A stretch of 32,000 nt of DNA from Longivirga aurantiaca (GTDB taxonomy: Bacteria > Actinomycetota > Actinomycetes > S36-B12 > CAIYMF01). This document shows, in pieces, positions 22,537 through 30,957 of the stretch (the stretch's first letter is position 1; each line of letters opens with the position of its first letter). The stretch lies in assembly GCF_042660085.1 (NCBI RefSeq), contig NZ_JBHSTI010000008.1, forward strand, positions 570,001 to 602,000. The letters run 5' to 3'. The position numbers and the translations under genes were made by a program. The notes beneath the pieces were generated by a model. That model had not been told where the DNA came from. It worked only from the letters and a program-made list of their open reading frames with translations, and searched no databases.

Positions 22537-24303
22537 ATGCGCTACCTCACCGACCCGCCGCGGTTCCTGTTCTTCACCGGCAAGGGCGGCGTCGGCAAGA
22601 CCTCGCTCGCCTGCGCCACCGCCGTCCACCTCGCCGAGTCCGGGCAACGGGTGCTGCTCGTCAGCACCGACCCGGCGTCCAACGTCGGTCAGGTCCTCGG
22701 CGTCACCATCGGCAACACGATCACGCCCATCACGGCGGTGCCCCGCCTGTCCGCGCTCGAGATCGACCCAGAGGCTGCGGCCGACGCGTACCGCGAGCGG
22801 ATCGTGGGCCCGGTCCGCGGGCTGCTGCCGGAGAAGGAGATCGCCTCGATCACCGAGCAGCTCTCCGGCTCGTGCACCACCGAGGTCGCCTCGTTCAACG
22901 AGTTCACCGACCTCCTCGCCGACCCGGTCCTGAGCGCCGGCTACGACCACGTCCTGTTCGACACCGCCCCCACCGGCCACACGATCCGGCTGCTCCAGCT
23001 CCCCGGTTCCTGGACCGACTTCCTCGAGTCCGGCAAGGGCGACGCGTCCTGCCTGGGCCCGCTCGCCGGGCTGGACAAGCAGCGGGCCACCTACGCCGCC
23101 GCCGTCGCCGCACTCCAGGACCCGGCACGGACCCGCCTCGTCCTGGTCACCCGGGCGCAGGCCTCCGCGCTCGCCGAGGTCGACCGGACCTTCCACGAGC
23201 TCGACCAGATCGGCATCCACGCCGCCCAGCTCGTCGTCAACGGCGTCCTGCCGAAGGCTGCAGGCGACGAGCCGCTCGCGGTCGCCGTCCGGCAACGTGA
23301 GACGGACGCGCTCGCCGCGATGCCGGAGCACGTCGCCGTCCTGCCCCGCGACGTCATCGAGCTCAAGGCCGACAACATGATGGGCCTGCCGGCGCTGCGG
23401 ACCCTCCTGAGCGACGCCCCCGCACCGGTAGCGGTGATGGACCTGGTCCCCCACGTGGACCTGTCCGGGCACTCACTGGGCGGCCTCGTCGACCAGATCG
23501 AGGTGGACGGTCACGGCGTCGTGCTGTGCATGGGCAAGGGCGGCGTCGGCAAGACCACCATCGCCACCGCCGTGGCCGTCGCGCTGGCGCACCGCGGGCA
23601 CGACGTCCACCTCGCCACCACCGACCCGGCCGCGCACCTCGACGAGACCTTGCGCGGCACTGTCGAGCGCATCACGGTCTCCCGCATCGACCCGGCCCAG
23701 GCCACCGCGGAGTACCGCGACCGGATCATGAGCACCCGCGGTAAGACCCTCGACGACGCCGGGCGCGCCAACCTCGCCGAGGACCTGCTCTCCCCGTGCA
23801 CTGAGGAGGTCGCGGTCTTCCAGCAGTTCTCCCGCCTCGTCCTCGGAGCCAGCCGGAAGTTCGTGGTCATCGACACCGCCCCGACCGGTCACACCCTGCT
23901 GCTCCTGGACGCGGCCGGGTCGTACCACCGTGACGTCGCCCGCCAGATGGGCGGGACGATGCACTTCCGGACCCCGCTGATGGTCCTGCAGGACCCGACC
24001 CAGACGAAGGTCGTCCTGGTCACCCTGCCCGAGCCGACCCCGGTGATCGAGGCGCGGGTGCTTCAGGACGACCTCGAGCGCGCCGGGATCAGCCCGTGGG
24101 CGTGGGTCGTCAACGACTCCCTCGCCGCCGCCCACCCGGTGTCTCCATTCCTGCAGCGGCGGGCCGCCGCCGAGCTGAGCCAGATCGCCGAGGTCGAGGC
24201 GCTGTCCGCGAGGGTCGCGATCGTTCCGCTGCTGGCCGACGAGCCGGTCGGCGAGGCCCGCCTGGCCGACCTCACCCGTGACCTGCGCCTGCTCACCACC
24301 TAG
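22537..24303 (+). CDS. arsA: arsenite-stimulated ATPase ArsA
   Basis: Two homologous halves, each with P-loop GKGGVGKT (FFTGKGGVGKTS, CMGKGGVGKTT) and DTAPTGHT. Metalloid-binding Cys contexts SGSCTTEVASFNEF, DASCLGPLAGL and SPCTEEVAVFQQF match R773 Cys113/172/422. Start ATG 22537 (GTG 22534 possible). Confidence 0.95.
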   Translation: MRYLTDPPRFLFFTGKGGVGKTSLACATAVHLAESGQRVLLVSTDPASNVGQVLGVTIGNTITPITAVPRLSALEIDPEAAADAYRERIVGPVRGLLPEKEIASITEQLSGSCTTEVASFNEFTDLLADPVLSAGYDHVLFDTAPTGHTIRLLQLPGSWTDFLESGKGDASCLGPLAGLDKQRATYAAAVAALQDPARTRLVLVTRAQASALAEVDRTFHELDQIGIHAAQLVVNGVLPKAAGDEPLAVAVRQRETDALAAMPEHVAVLPRDVIELKADNMMGLPALRTLLSDAPAPVAVMDLVPHVDLSGHSLGGLVDQIEVDGHGVVLCMGKGGVGKTTIATAVAVALAHRGHDVHLATTDPAAHLDETLRGTVERITVSRIDPAQATAEYRDRIMSTRGKTLDDAGRANLAEDLLSPCTEEVAVFQQFSRLVLGASRKFVVIDTAPTGHTLLLLDAAGSYHRDVARQMGGTMHFRTPLMVLQDPTQTKVVLVTLPEPTPVIEARVLQDDLERAGISPWAWVVNDSLAAAHPVSPFLQRRAAAELSQIAEVEALSARVAIVPLLADEPVGEARLADLTRDLRLLTT

Positions 24304-24325
24304 CGGGCGGGTCGCGCACCCCGCG

Positions 24326-25786
24326 ATGTCGGAGAGGCACCTGTCGGGCGGGACCGCACCCAGGGCCTCGGCTCGCCGATGGGGGAGACGACAGGACACC
24401 AGGGGCCTGCGGCAGCACCCTGGCTGCGTGAGAACTGTCATCGGTGCGGAGACGGCGGCACTGCCGCGCTGCAGCCGACCCGAGCACGAGCAGTGGCTCG
24501 TGTGGAAGGACGGGTTCACGGGCAAGCAGCCGTCCCGCCGTCAGCGGTTCCGCTGCGTGAACCCAGACGACCACACGGACGCCCACCGGTCACGACCCCC
24601 GGTGCTGGGTGTCGCGGCGCACGAGCACCGCTACCTGGGCTGCCAGATGCTGGTCCCGACCCACGCGGGCCCGGTCGTCCCGGAGGGCTACCACTGCCTC
24701 GGGAAGGTCATCGCCTCCGCCCTGGTGGACATCGCCAAGGGTCAGACGTACTCGGCGGCGTCACGTTCGGCGCGTGCCGCCCTCGCGGTGGCCGGCGGTG
24801 CCCAGCAGGTCGGTCGAGAGTTCTCGACGCACGGGCAGCTCGCGGCGGACTGGACCGAGGTGTTCACCGACGTCGTCGTGGAGCGCCCGACCCAGTGGCC
24901 GTCGGTCGTGATGCTCGACGCGACGAAGTTCTGGCGCCTGCACCCCGGCGGCAAGAAGGATGCGTTCACGCTCCTGTTCGCGTACGGCTACGACGCCCTC
25001 GAGGGCCCGGTCCCGGAGCCAGACCCGTGGATGACACCGTCACCCAAGCCCGTGGCGAACGGCCGGATGCTGCGCATCGGGCTCGCCCCAACCGAGAGCA
25101 TCAAGACGTGGACGGACTTCCTCTTCGAACTGCCCGGGACGCCGCTGTGAGTCGTGGCTGACGGGTCCGACGCCATCCGCACCGCCACCGGGAACCGCTG
25201 GCACGACGACATCACCTTCGTGCGCTGCGTCTACCACTGGCGCAAGAACCTCGTGGCCCATCTGCTCCCCGACCTGGTCAAGCTCACCGGCCACGAGAAG
25301 GCCAGCAAGTCCGTCGAGAACCACGTCCTGCACGCCATGGCGAAGGCCGCGTTCGGCAGCGTGGACGCGTGGACCCCCTTCAGCGACGAGGCCGAGATGC
25401 TCCCGCGGATGTCCCTGACCCGCGCCTGGATCGCGACGTTCGAGGACGGCATCCTCGCCCAGCTCCACGATGTGCCCGAGCGCTAGAGACCGATGTCCAT
25501 CGGCCCGCTCGAGCAGGTCATCGCGCAGACCCGCCTACAGCTGGCCGGCCGCGTCCAGGGCCTGCGCAACGGGCCGCGGACACGCCTCCTGCTGGACCTC
25601 CGGACGGCCGGGGTGAACAACCAGGCCAACCCAGACCTGTGGGCCGACAAGATCACCGACCATCTGACGCGCTACGGACGGCGCCCGGCCCGGAACCAGC
25701 GAGATGTCGCCGGGCTCCAGTTGTTCGACCGGCGACCAGAGGGTCCCGATCGGCCACCCGTGACCGACACAGCGGTGCCAACCTAA
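24326..25786 (+). pseudogene. Mutator-like (IS256/MULE-type DDE) transposase gene inactivated by two in-frame stop codons
   Basis: Track ORFs 24278-25150, 25154-25486 and 25493-25786 are all in the same frame. They are separated only by TGA 25148-25150 and TAG 25484-25486. The concatenated product shows the Mutator layout: VVMLDATKF (D1), TWTDFLFELPGTPL-stop-VVADGSDAIRTA (D2), RCVYHWRKNL (C..H..RN), and GPLEQVIAQTRLQLAGRVQGLRN. N-terminal Cys/His-rich region (PRCSRPEH...RFRCVNP). GC3 stays high, so the decay is recent. No terminal inverted repeats found by eye. Confidence 0.65.
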
Positions 25787-25811
25787 CGAGACGGGCGCTG
25801 GAACTGCAGGA

Positions 25812-25836
25812 CGCCCACCCCGGTCTGGGGTGGGTG
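25812..25836 (+). terminator. stem-loop downstream of the transposase-like gene
   Basis: The 8-bp core cccacccc (25814-25821) pairs with ggggtggg (25827-25834), 5-nt loop, extended by one G-T and one C-G pair to 25812-25836. It starts 26 nt after TAA 25784-25786. Confidence 0.4.
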
Positions 25837-25920
25837 CCGAACGGCCAGTGTCAAGGCCGAGGGTCCCAGGGGGCACGCGCCGAGCCCACTGGCGCGCGGC
25901 ACTCGAGCGACGTGCCGGTT

Positions 25921-25939
25921 GCCCGAATCGGATTCGGGC
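25921..25939 (-). terminator. short palindrome downstream of the secreted-protein gene
   Basis: gcccgaatc g gattcgggc (perfect 9+9 palindrome), 30 nt past the stop at 25970 on the minus strand. No U-tract. Confidence 0.35.
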
Positions 25940-25969
25940 GCTTTAGGCACCGCTGACGTTCCGTCCCGA

Positions 25970-26290
25970 CTACTTTGGGGCGGCGTTGTTGTCCACGTAC
26001 TTGCCGGCGTAGACGGACATGAACTGGTTGTCGTTGCCGACCGACTTCACACAGACAAACTCGTCGCCGTTCTTGTTGACCTGGTCCCAGCGAAGCTGCA
26101 CGTGGGCCACGTCATAGATCCCATCGGCCAGCCCTGCCTGCACCTCCGGCGTCGCCATGATGTCGGCGAACGTGGCCGGCTCCCCGTAGGGAGGGGAACA
26201 ACTACCGGGCGCCGACGACGCACTGACTGGCGAGGTCAGCAGCCCCATCAGGAGCGCCGTTCCGCACACCACGAACATGGTCCTGCGCAT
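25970..26290 (-). CDS. small secreted hypothetical protein (106 aa) with signal peptide
   Basis: ATG 26290 preceded by gggagg. MRRTMFVVCGTALLMGLLTSPVSASSAPG is a Sec-type signal peptide with an AxA-like site. The mature part has two Cys. Visibly lower GC and more A/T-ending codons than neighbours. Track ORF 25970-26602 is over-extended. Confidence 0.6.
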   Translation of the reverse strand: MRRTMFVVCGTALLMGLLTSPVSASSAPGSCSPPYGEPATFADIMATPEVQAGLADGIYDVAHVQLRWDQVNKNGDEFVCVKSVGNDNQFMSVYAGKYVDNNAAPK

Positions 26291-26840
26291 GATGGGCCTC
26301 CCGCCCGGAGCGGCGCTCAGCCCGAAGTGGGACGTAGCCCGACTCCACGTAGTCCAGGGTAGAAGCGCTTGGCCCACCGTTGCCTGGCGTGATGCACGGC
26401 GTCGGGTGGGGACACATCTCAGAGCGCGACTCACTCCGCCCCCGCAGTCGCTTCCCCTCCCGGCCCGGCGCGGCTGCTCCTGGCCACGGCCAGGTAGACG
26501 AAGGCGACCGGGCCGCCGTTCTTCAGCGACGTAGCCATCTCCTGCCGAACCTGGCGGGCTACCCGAGACAGGCCGAAACCCCACCAAGTCCGTCTCCCCC
26601 ATCGGCGAGCCAAGACAGGGGTACGTATGCCATAGGCACGCGGAACTGCGGGTCGATGCCGTCGACCATGCGCCGCTGACGGCGCACCATCGGTGCTGCA
26701 GCGGCCGCCGCTGCCACCACCGCCGCAGACACCACGACCGCTCGGACGATCCTGCTCATCGCCATCCCTTCCTCGACCCACGGGCCTGGTGGTCTGCGTC
26801 CGCAGGACGATAGGCGCCCTCCGGCCGTTCCGGGGCCGGG

Positions 26841-27662
26841 TCAGGCGTCGAGACCCTCGACGAAGGCCGCGAGCTCGGCTGCGTCGACCCTCGAGACCTC
26901 GGCGCCGGAGGGGAAGCTGCCGCTCGCGACGTCGGCGCGGAACTCGGTCAGCGCGCGCACCCGCTCGGCGTCGATCTGGCGCTGCAGCGCCGCGAGGTCG
27001 GCGTACGCGCGGGCGTGACGGGGCCTGCGCTCGCCCTCGCCGCAGATGTCGTCCTGGAACAGGAACTGCACGTCGGCGTGCGGTCCTGACCCGAGCGAGA
27101 TCGTCGCAAGCCCGGTGCGCACGTTGATCTCGCGCATCACCTCGGCGGGGATCAGCTCGCACTCCACCGCGAAGGCGCCGGCCTCCTCGAGCGCCTGGAA
27201 CTTCTGCCACAGCGCGAGCGCCTCGGGAGCGGTCTTGCCCACGGCCCGGACGCCGCCGTAGAGCGTGGACTTCTTCGGGATGAAGCCGAGGTGGCCCATG
27301 ACGGGGATGTCCTCGTGGGCGAGGCGCCGCACGCTGTCGAGGCCGCGCGCGGTGATCACGGCATCGGCGCCGGCGCCGAGTGCCTTCAAGGCGTCGCGCA
27401 GGATGTCGTCCTCGGTGACGGCGCCGGCGAAGTCGATCGCCGCGGTGAGGAACACCTGCTCGGCGCCTGCGCGCACCGCGGGCACGGCCTCGGCCAGGCA
27501 CACCACCATCTCGATGCCCGCCGCCTGGGCCGCAGCAGCCTCCGCCGAGGTGCCTGCGGTGACCTGCGCGAGGTGCCGGCCCGACGCCTTCAGGCCCACG
27601 ATGTCGGCGACCGTCACCGTGCGGGTGGCCTCGCGGCCGGTGTAGTCGAGGATGCGCGGCAT
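26841..27662 (-). CDS. ketopantoate hydroxymethyltransferase (PanB) family protein, divergent paralogue
   Basis: 273 aa. Aligns by eye with E. coli PanB in IPVMGHLGFIPKKS (GHLGLTPQS), AGAFAVECELIP (LLVLECVP) and ISLGSGPHADVQFLF (IGIGAGNVTDGQILV). The GDSLG segment is missing, and VKIEGG is replaced by VITARG. Confidence 0.8.
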   Translation of the reverse strand: MPRILDYTGREATRTVTVADIVGLKASGRHLAQVTAGTSAEAAAAQAAGIEMVVCLAEAVPAVRAGAEQVFLTAAIDFAGAVTEDDILRDALKALGAGADAVITARGLDSVRRLAHEDIPVMGHLGFIPKKSTLYGGVRAVGKTAPEALALWQKFQALEEAGAFAVECELIPAEVMREINVRTGLATISLGSGPHADVQFLFQDDICGEGERRPRHARAYADLAALQRQIDAERVRALTEFRADVASGSFPSGAEVSRVDAAELAAFVEGLDA

Positions 27663-27723
27663 CGGTGCTCCTATCGGGATCGGAGCGTCAACCTACAACT
27701 CCCGCCAGGCGGGTGACGTGCGG

Positions 27724-28545
27724 TCAGCCGCGCGAGACCCGGCCGCGCAGCGCCATGAACGCGAGCGTGTGGCTCACGGCCGCGACCGCGAGGATCGCGG
27801 CGGTGCCCTGCAGCAGCGGCGTGAGCTCCCAGCCGCCCGTGATCAGCGACCGCAGCGCTGCGAGCACGTACGTCACGGGGTTGTACGTCGCGACCGTCGA
27901 CAGCCAGCCGGTCAGCGCCTCTTGCGGCAGGAACGCCGTGGTGAGGAAGGCGAACGGGAAGAACAGCAGGAAGCTCGAGTTCACCGCCGCCGGGTTGCCG
28001 GTCTTGAGCGCGATGGCGTACGGGAAGCCGGTGAACGCGAGGCCCCACATGCCCGCGAGCAGCAGGAACACGAGCATGCCGACGATGCCGGTGGCGAAGC
28101 TGACTCCCACGATGGCACCGAGGATGAGGACCGGGATCGACAGCGCGATGACCAGCGTGAAGTCGGCGACCATCAGCCCGAGCAGCAGCGCCGGGCGGCT
28201 CATCGGAGTGAGCAGGAGCCGGTCGAAGTAGCCGTCGTTGATGTCGGTCACGAGAGCACTCGCGCGAGATACCCCGGTGACGGCGAAGATGATCGCGACC
28301 GGCAGCTGGAACGCCTTGAAGTCGGTGATGCCCGCGGCCTCGGCCACGCCCGACAGCGATCCGACGTTCACCACGAAGAAGAAGACCGGGATGATCAGCG
28401 CGGGGATGATCGCCTCGGGCTCGCGCGGGATCTGGCGCAGTGCCCGGATCGCCACCGACGTGAGGTCGCGCGCGAAGCCTGCGTGCCGTGCGATCACGTC
28501 GTCCGCGTGCGGGTCCGGTCGTGTGGCTGCCACCTGGGAGCTCAT
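27724..28545 (-). CDS. ABC-2 type transporter permease (DrrB-like)
   Basis: 273 aa, six hydrophobic segments, N-terminal cytoplasmic RALRQIPREPEAIIPALIIPVFFF typical of ABC-2 permeases. ATG overlaps the ATPase stop (ATGA). Confidence 0.88.
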   Translation of the reverse strand: MSSQVAATRPDPHADDVIARHAGFARDLTSVAIRALRQIPREPEAIIPALIIPVFFFVVNVGSLSGVAEAAGITDFKAFQLPVAIIFAVTGVSRASALVTDINDGYFDRLLLTPMSRPALLLGLMVADFTLVIALSIPVLILGAIVGVSFATGIVGMLVFLLLAGMWGLAFTGFPYAIALKTGNPAAVNSSFLLFFPFAFLTTAFLPQEALTGWLSTVATYNPVTYVLAALRSLITGGWELTPLLQGTAAILAVAAVSHTLAFMALRGRVSRG

Positions 28546-29534
28546 GACTCCACCTCCGCCTGCTCGTCGCCGTCGGTTCCGGACTCGCGGTCCGCGAGGC
28601 GCGCACCCGTCACCGACAGGAACACGTCGTCCAAGGTGGGTGTGCGCAGCGACAGCTCACGGACGCGCAGCCCTCCGCCCGCACCGGCGAGCGCGATGGC
28701 CACGGGGCTGATCGCCTCGGGGCCGTTGCTGACCGCGGCCGTCACCTCGTTGCCGTTCACGTCGACGCGCTCGACCCCGGCGACGGGGAGGAGCGCCGTC
28801 CGCGCGATCTCCGGGTCGCCGTCGACCACCGCGATGACGAGGTCGGTGCCGATCGACCGCTTGAGCTCGTCCGGCGTCCCCTCGGCCACGATCCGGCCGT
28901 GGTCGATGATGCCGACGCGGTCGGCCAGCTCGTCGGCTTCCTCGAGGTACTGCGTGGTGAGGAAGACCGTCATGCCCAGCTCGGTGTTGAGGCGGCGCAC
29001 CTCGTCCCACACCCGCGCGCGGCTGGTGGGGTCGAGGCCGGTCGTCGGTTCGTCGAGGAAGAGCACGCGCGGGTTGTGCACGAGCGCGAGCGCGAGGTCG
29101 AGGCGGCGCTTCATGCCGCCGGAGTACGTCGAGACGCGGTCCTCGAGCGCCGAGCCGATGTCGATGAGCTCGCGCAGGTCGGCGAGCCGCCGCTCGGTGT
29201 CGGCCTTCGACAGGCCGTAGAAGCGGCCCTGCAGCCGCAGCATCTCCAGGCCGGTCTGCTTGGGGTCGAGAGCAGCCTCCTGCAGCGCGACGCCGATGCG
29301 CAGCCGCACCTTGTCGGCGTCGGTCTCCACGTCGTAGCCCGCGACGGTCGCCCTGCCTCCCGTGGGGGAGATGAGCGTGCACAGCACGCGGGTGACCGTC
29401 GACTTGCCGGCGCCGTTCGGCCCGAGGAAGCCGTAGATCTCCCCGCGGGCGACGGACAGGTCGACCCCGTCGACGGCCAGCGTCGTGCCGAAGGAGCGTT
29501 TGAGGCCCTGGGCCTGGATCTCGGGTTCGGTCAT
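28542..29534 (-). CDS. ABC transporter ATP-binding protein (DrrA-like)
   Basis: Walker A GPNGAGKST, Q-loop, signature YSGGMKRR, Walker B LFLDEPTTGLD, H-loop TTQYLEEA, and the extra C-terminal domain typical of the DrrA/daunorubicin-resistance subfamily. Confidence 0.93.
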   Translation of the reverse strand: MTEPEIQAQGLKRSFGTTLAVDGVDLSVARGEIYGFLGPNGAGKSTVTRVLCTLISPTGGRATVAGYDVETDADKVRLRIGVALQEAALDPKQTGLEMLRLQGRFYGLSKADTERRLADLRELIDIGSALEDRVSTYSGGMKRRLDLALALVHNPRVLFLDEPTTGLDPTSRARVWDEVRRLNTELGMTVFLTTQYLEEADELADRVGIIDHGRIVAEGTPDELKRSIGTDLVIAVVDGDPEIARTALLPVAGVERVDVNGNEVTAAVSNGPEAISPVAIALAGAGGGLRVRELSLRTPTLDDVFLSVTGARLADRESGTDGDEQAEVES

Positions 29535-29589
29535 AGTGCGCCGAGCCTAGGGGCGACCTGCGAGAAGCGAATCTTGAAGGACCTCGCGA

Positions 29590-30957
29590 TCACGCAGGGA
29601 AGGCGGCCAGCCACGCCTCGCGCACGGCCGGGTCCACGGAGTCGACGTACTCCTGCTCGGGCCGGGCGCCCAGCGCGCCGTTCACCGCGGAGAACGCGAG
29701 CCGCAGCGCGATGAAGAGCGTGAGGTTGAGGATCTGCCTCTCGTCGAAGCCCGCCTCGATCAGCGGGCCGAGGTCGGCGGCCGTGGCCGACTGCGGATCG
29801 CGGGCGACCGTCAGCGCCCATGCCGAAAGCGCTCGTCCGCGCTGATCGAGGAGGTCGTCCGACCCGGAGAGCACCGAGGCGGCCAGCGCCGGCGTCGTCT
29901 CCTTCGCCAGCTTGTCGCCCCAGGCGAGCGGGCAGTAGGTGTCGCCGCTCTCGCCGGCGGCGACCACGGTCGCGATGCCCCGGTCGGTCACCGACAGGCC
30001 CGCGCCGCGCGCGCTGCCGATGACGAGCTCGAACAGCCGGTCGTGCAACGCAGGGTCGTGCATCCAGAGCTGCGTCGCGTGGGTGAGGAACCCCAACGAT
30101 GTGAGGTCGTCGTCGGCGAGCACCTGCGCCTCGGGCGAGGCCGGAGCCTCCGGCAGCAGCAGCGAGGCGTGCACGGCCGGACGATGCGCGGTGAGGCCGA
30201 CGCACGCGATCTCCGCGCGCAGCGGCAGACCCTCGCGCAGCTGCTCGGTGGCGGCCTCGACGCAGCGCCGGTGGAACTCCTCCTCGCCGACCTGCTGGAT
30301 CGCCTCGTACGCCGGGCCCGTCGAGGCGAGCATCCGCGCGAACGTCTCGGGGTCCGGGAACTCCCACGCGAAGGGCACCTCGTGACGCCGTACGCCGACG
30401 AAGCCCGCCTCGGCAAGGACGGCCTCGCCCACGTCGGGACGCCCGAGCGACTTCATCCGCGCCTGGGCCTCGACCTTCTCCGGCGCGGCCAGGGTGAACG
30501 GCAGCAGCGCCCACAGGCCGGGCGACGCCTTGACGTGGCCCCAGGTGGTGACGGCGATGCGGCCGCCCGGACGCAGCACGCGGCAGGCCTCGACGAGCGC
30601 CTCCGGCGTCGTGGCCCACAGGCCGCGGAAGCTCGTGACGACGTCGAAGGACGCGTCGTCCCACGGCAGCGCAGCCATGTCGCCGACGCGGATGTCGCCG
30701 TCGGGCACGCGGTCGCGCGCGATCGCCGTGAGGCGCGGCGATGCATCGACCCCCGCCACCGTCGCGCCGCGCGCGCGAGCGAGTTCCAGCGCGAGTCCGG
30801 ATCCGCAGGCGATGTCGAGCAGGCGATCGCCCGCGCCGACGTCGAGGTGCTGGTGCATCGCGACGTACTCGCGCGACGCGGCCGGCTCGAGCAGGGTGGC
30901 GAAGTCGACAGCGCGCCGGCCCCAGCCCTCGTCGACGGTGAGCCACTGGTCGGTCAT
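29590..30957 (-). CDS. fusion protein: N-terminal class I SAM-dependent methyltransferase, C-terminal AhpD-like/carboxymuconolactone decarboxylase-family domain
   Basis: N-terminal half: LLDIACGSGLALELA, VAGVDASP, LPWDDASFDVVTS, LRPGGRIAVT. C-terminal 180 aa or so: the helical AhpD-like pattern (VTDRGIATVVAAGESGDTYCPLAWG...LDQRGRALSAWALTVA...GFDERQILNLTLFIAL). ATG 30957 overlaps the LuxR stop (ATGA). Confidence 0.8.
   Translation of the reverse strand: MTDQWLTVDEGWGRRAVDFATLLEPAASREYVAMHQHLDVGAGDRLLDIACGSGLALELARARGATVAGVDASPRLTAIARDRVPDGDIRVGDMAALPWDDASFDVVTSFRGLWATTPEALVEACRVLRPGGRIAVTTWGHVKASPGLWALLPFTLAAPEKVEAQARMKSLGRPDVGEAVLAEAGFVGVRRHEVPFAWEFPDPETFARMLASTGPAYEAIQQVGEEEFHRRCVEAATEQLREGLPLRAEIACVGLTAHRPAVHASLLLPEAPASPEAQVLADDDLTSLGFLTHATQLWMHDPALHDRLFELVIGSARGAGLSVTDRGIATVVAAGESGDTYCPLAWGDKLAKETTPALAASVLSGSDDLLDQRGRALSAWALTVARDPQSATAADLGPLIEAGFDERQILNLTLFIALRLAFSAVNGALGARPEQEYVDSVDPAVREAWLAAFPA

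Noticed and set aside
25148-25150. In-frame TGA in the transposase-like gene considered as selenocysteine or programmed read-through
   Set aside because: No obvious SECIS-like hairpin immediately downstream, and the position is not a Cys-type site. A second in-frame stop 336 nt later is TAG, so simple nonsense decay is the economical explanation.
24304-25969. Search for terminal inverted repeats and target-site duplications around the transposase-like gene
   Set aside because: Only a 7-nt reverse-complement match was found by eye: cctcggc at about 24366-24372 and gccgagg at about 25856-25862. That is too short to call, so the element ends are left undefined.
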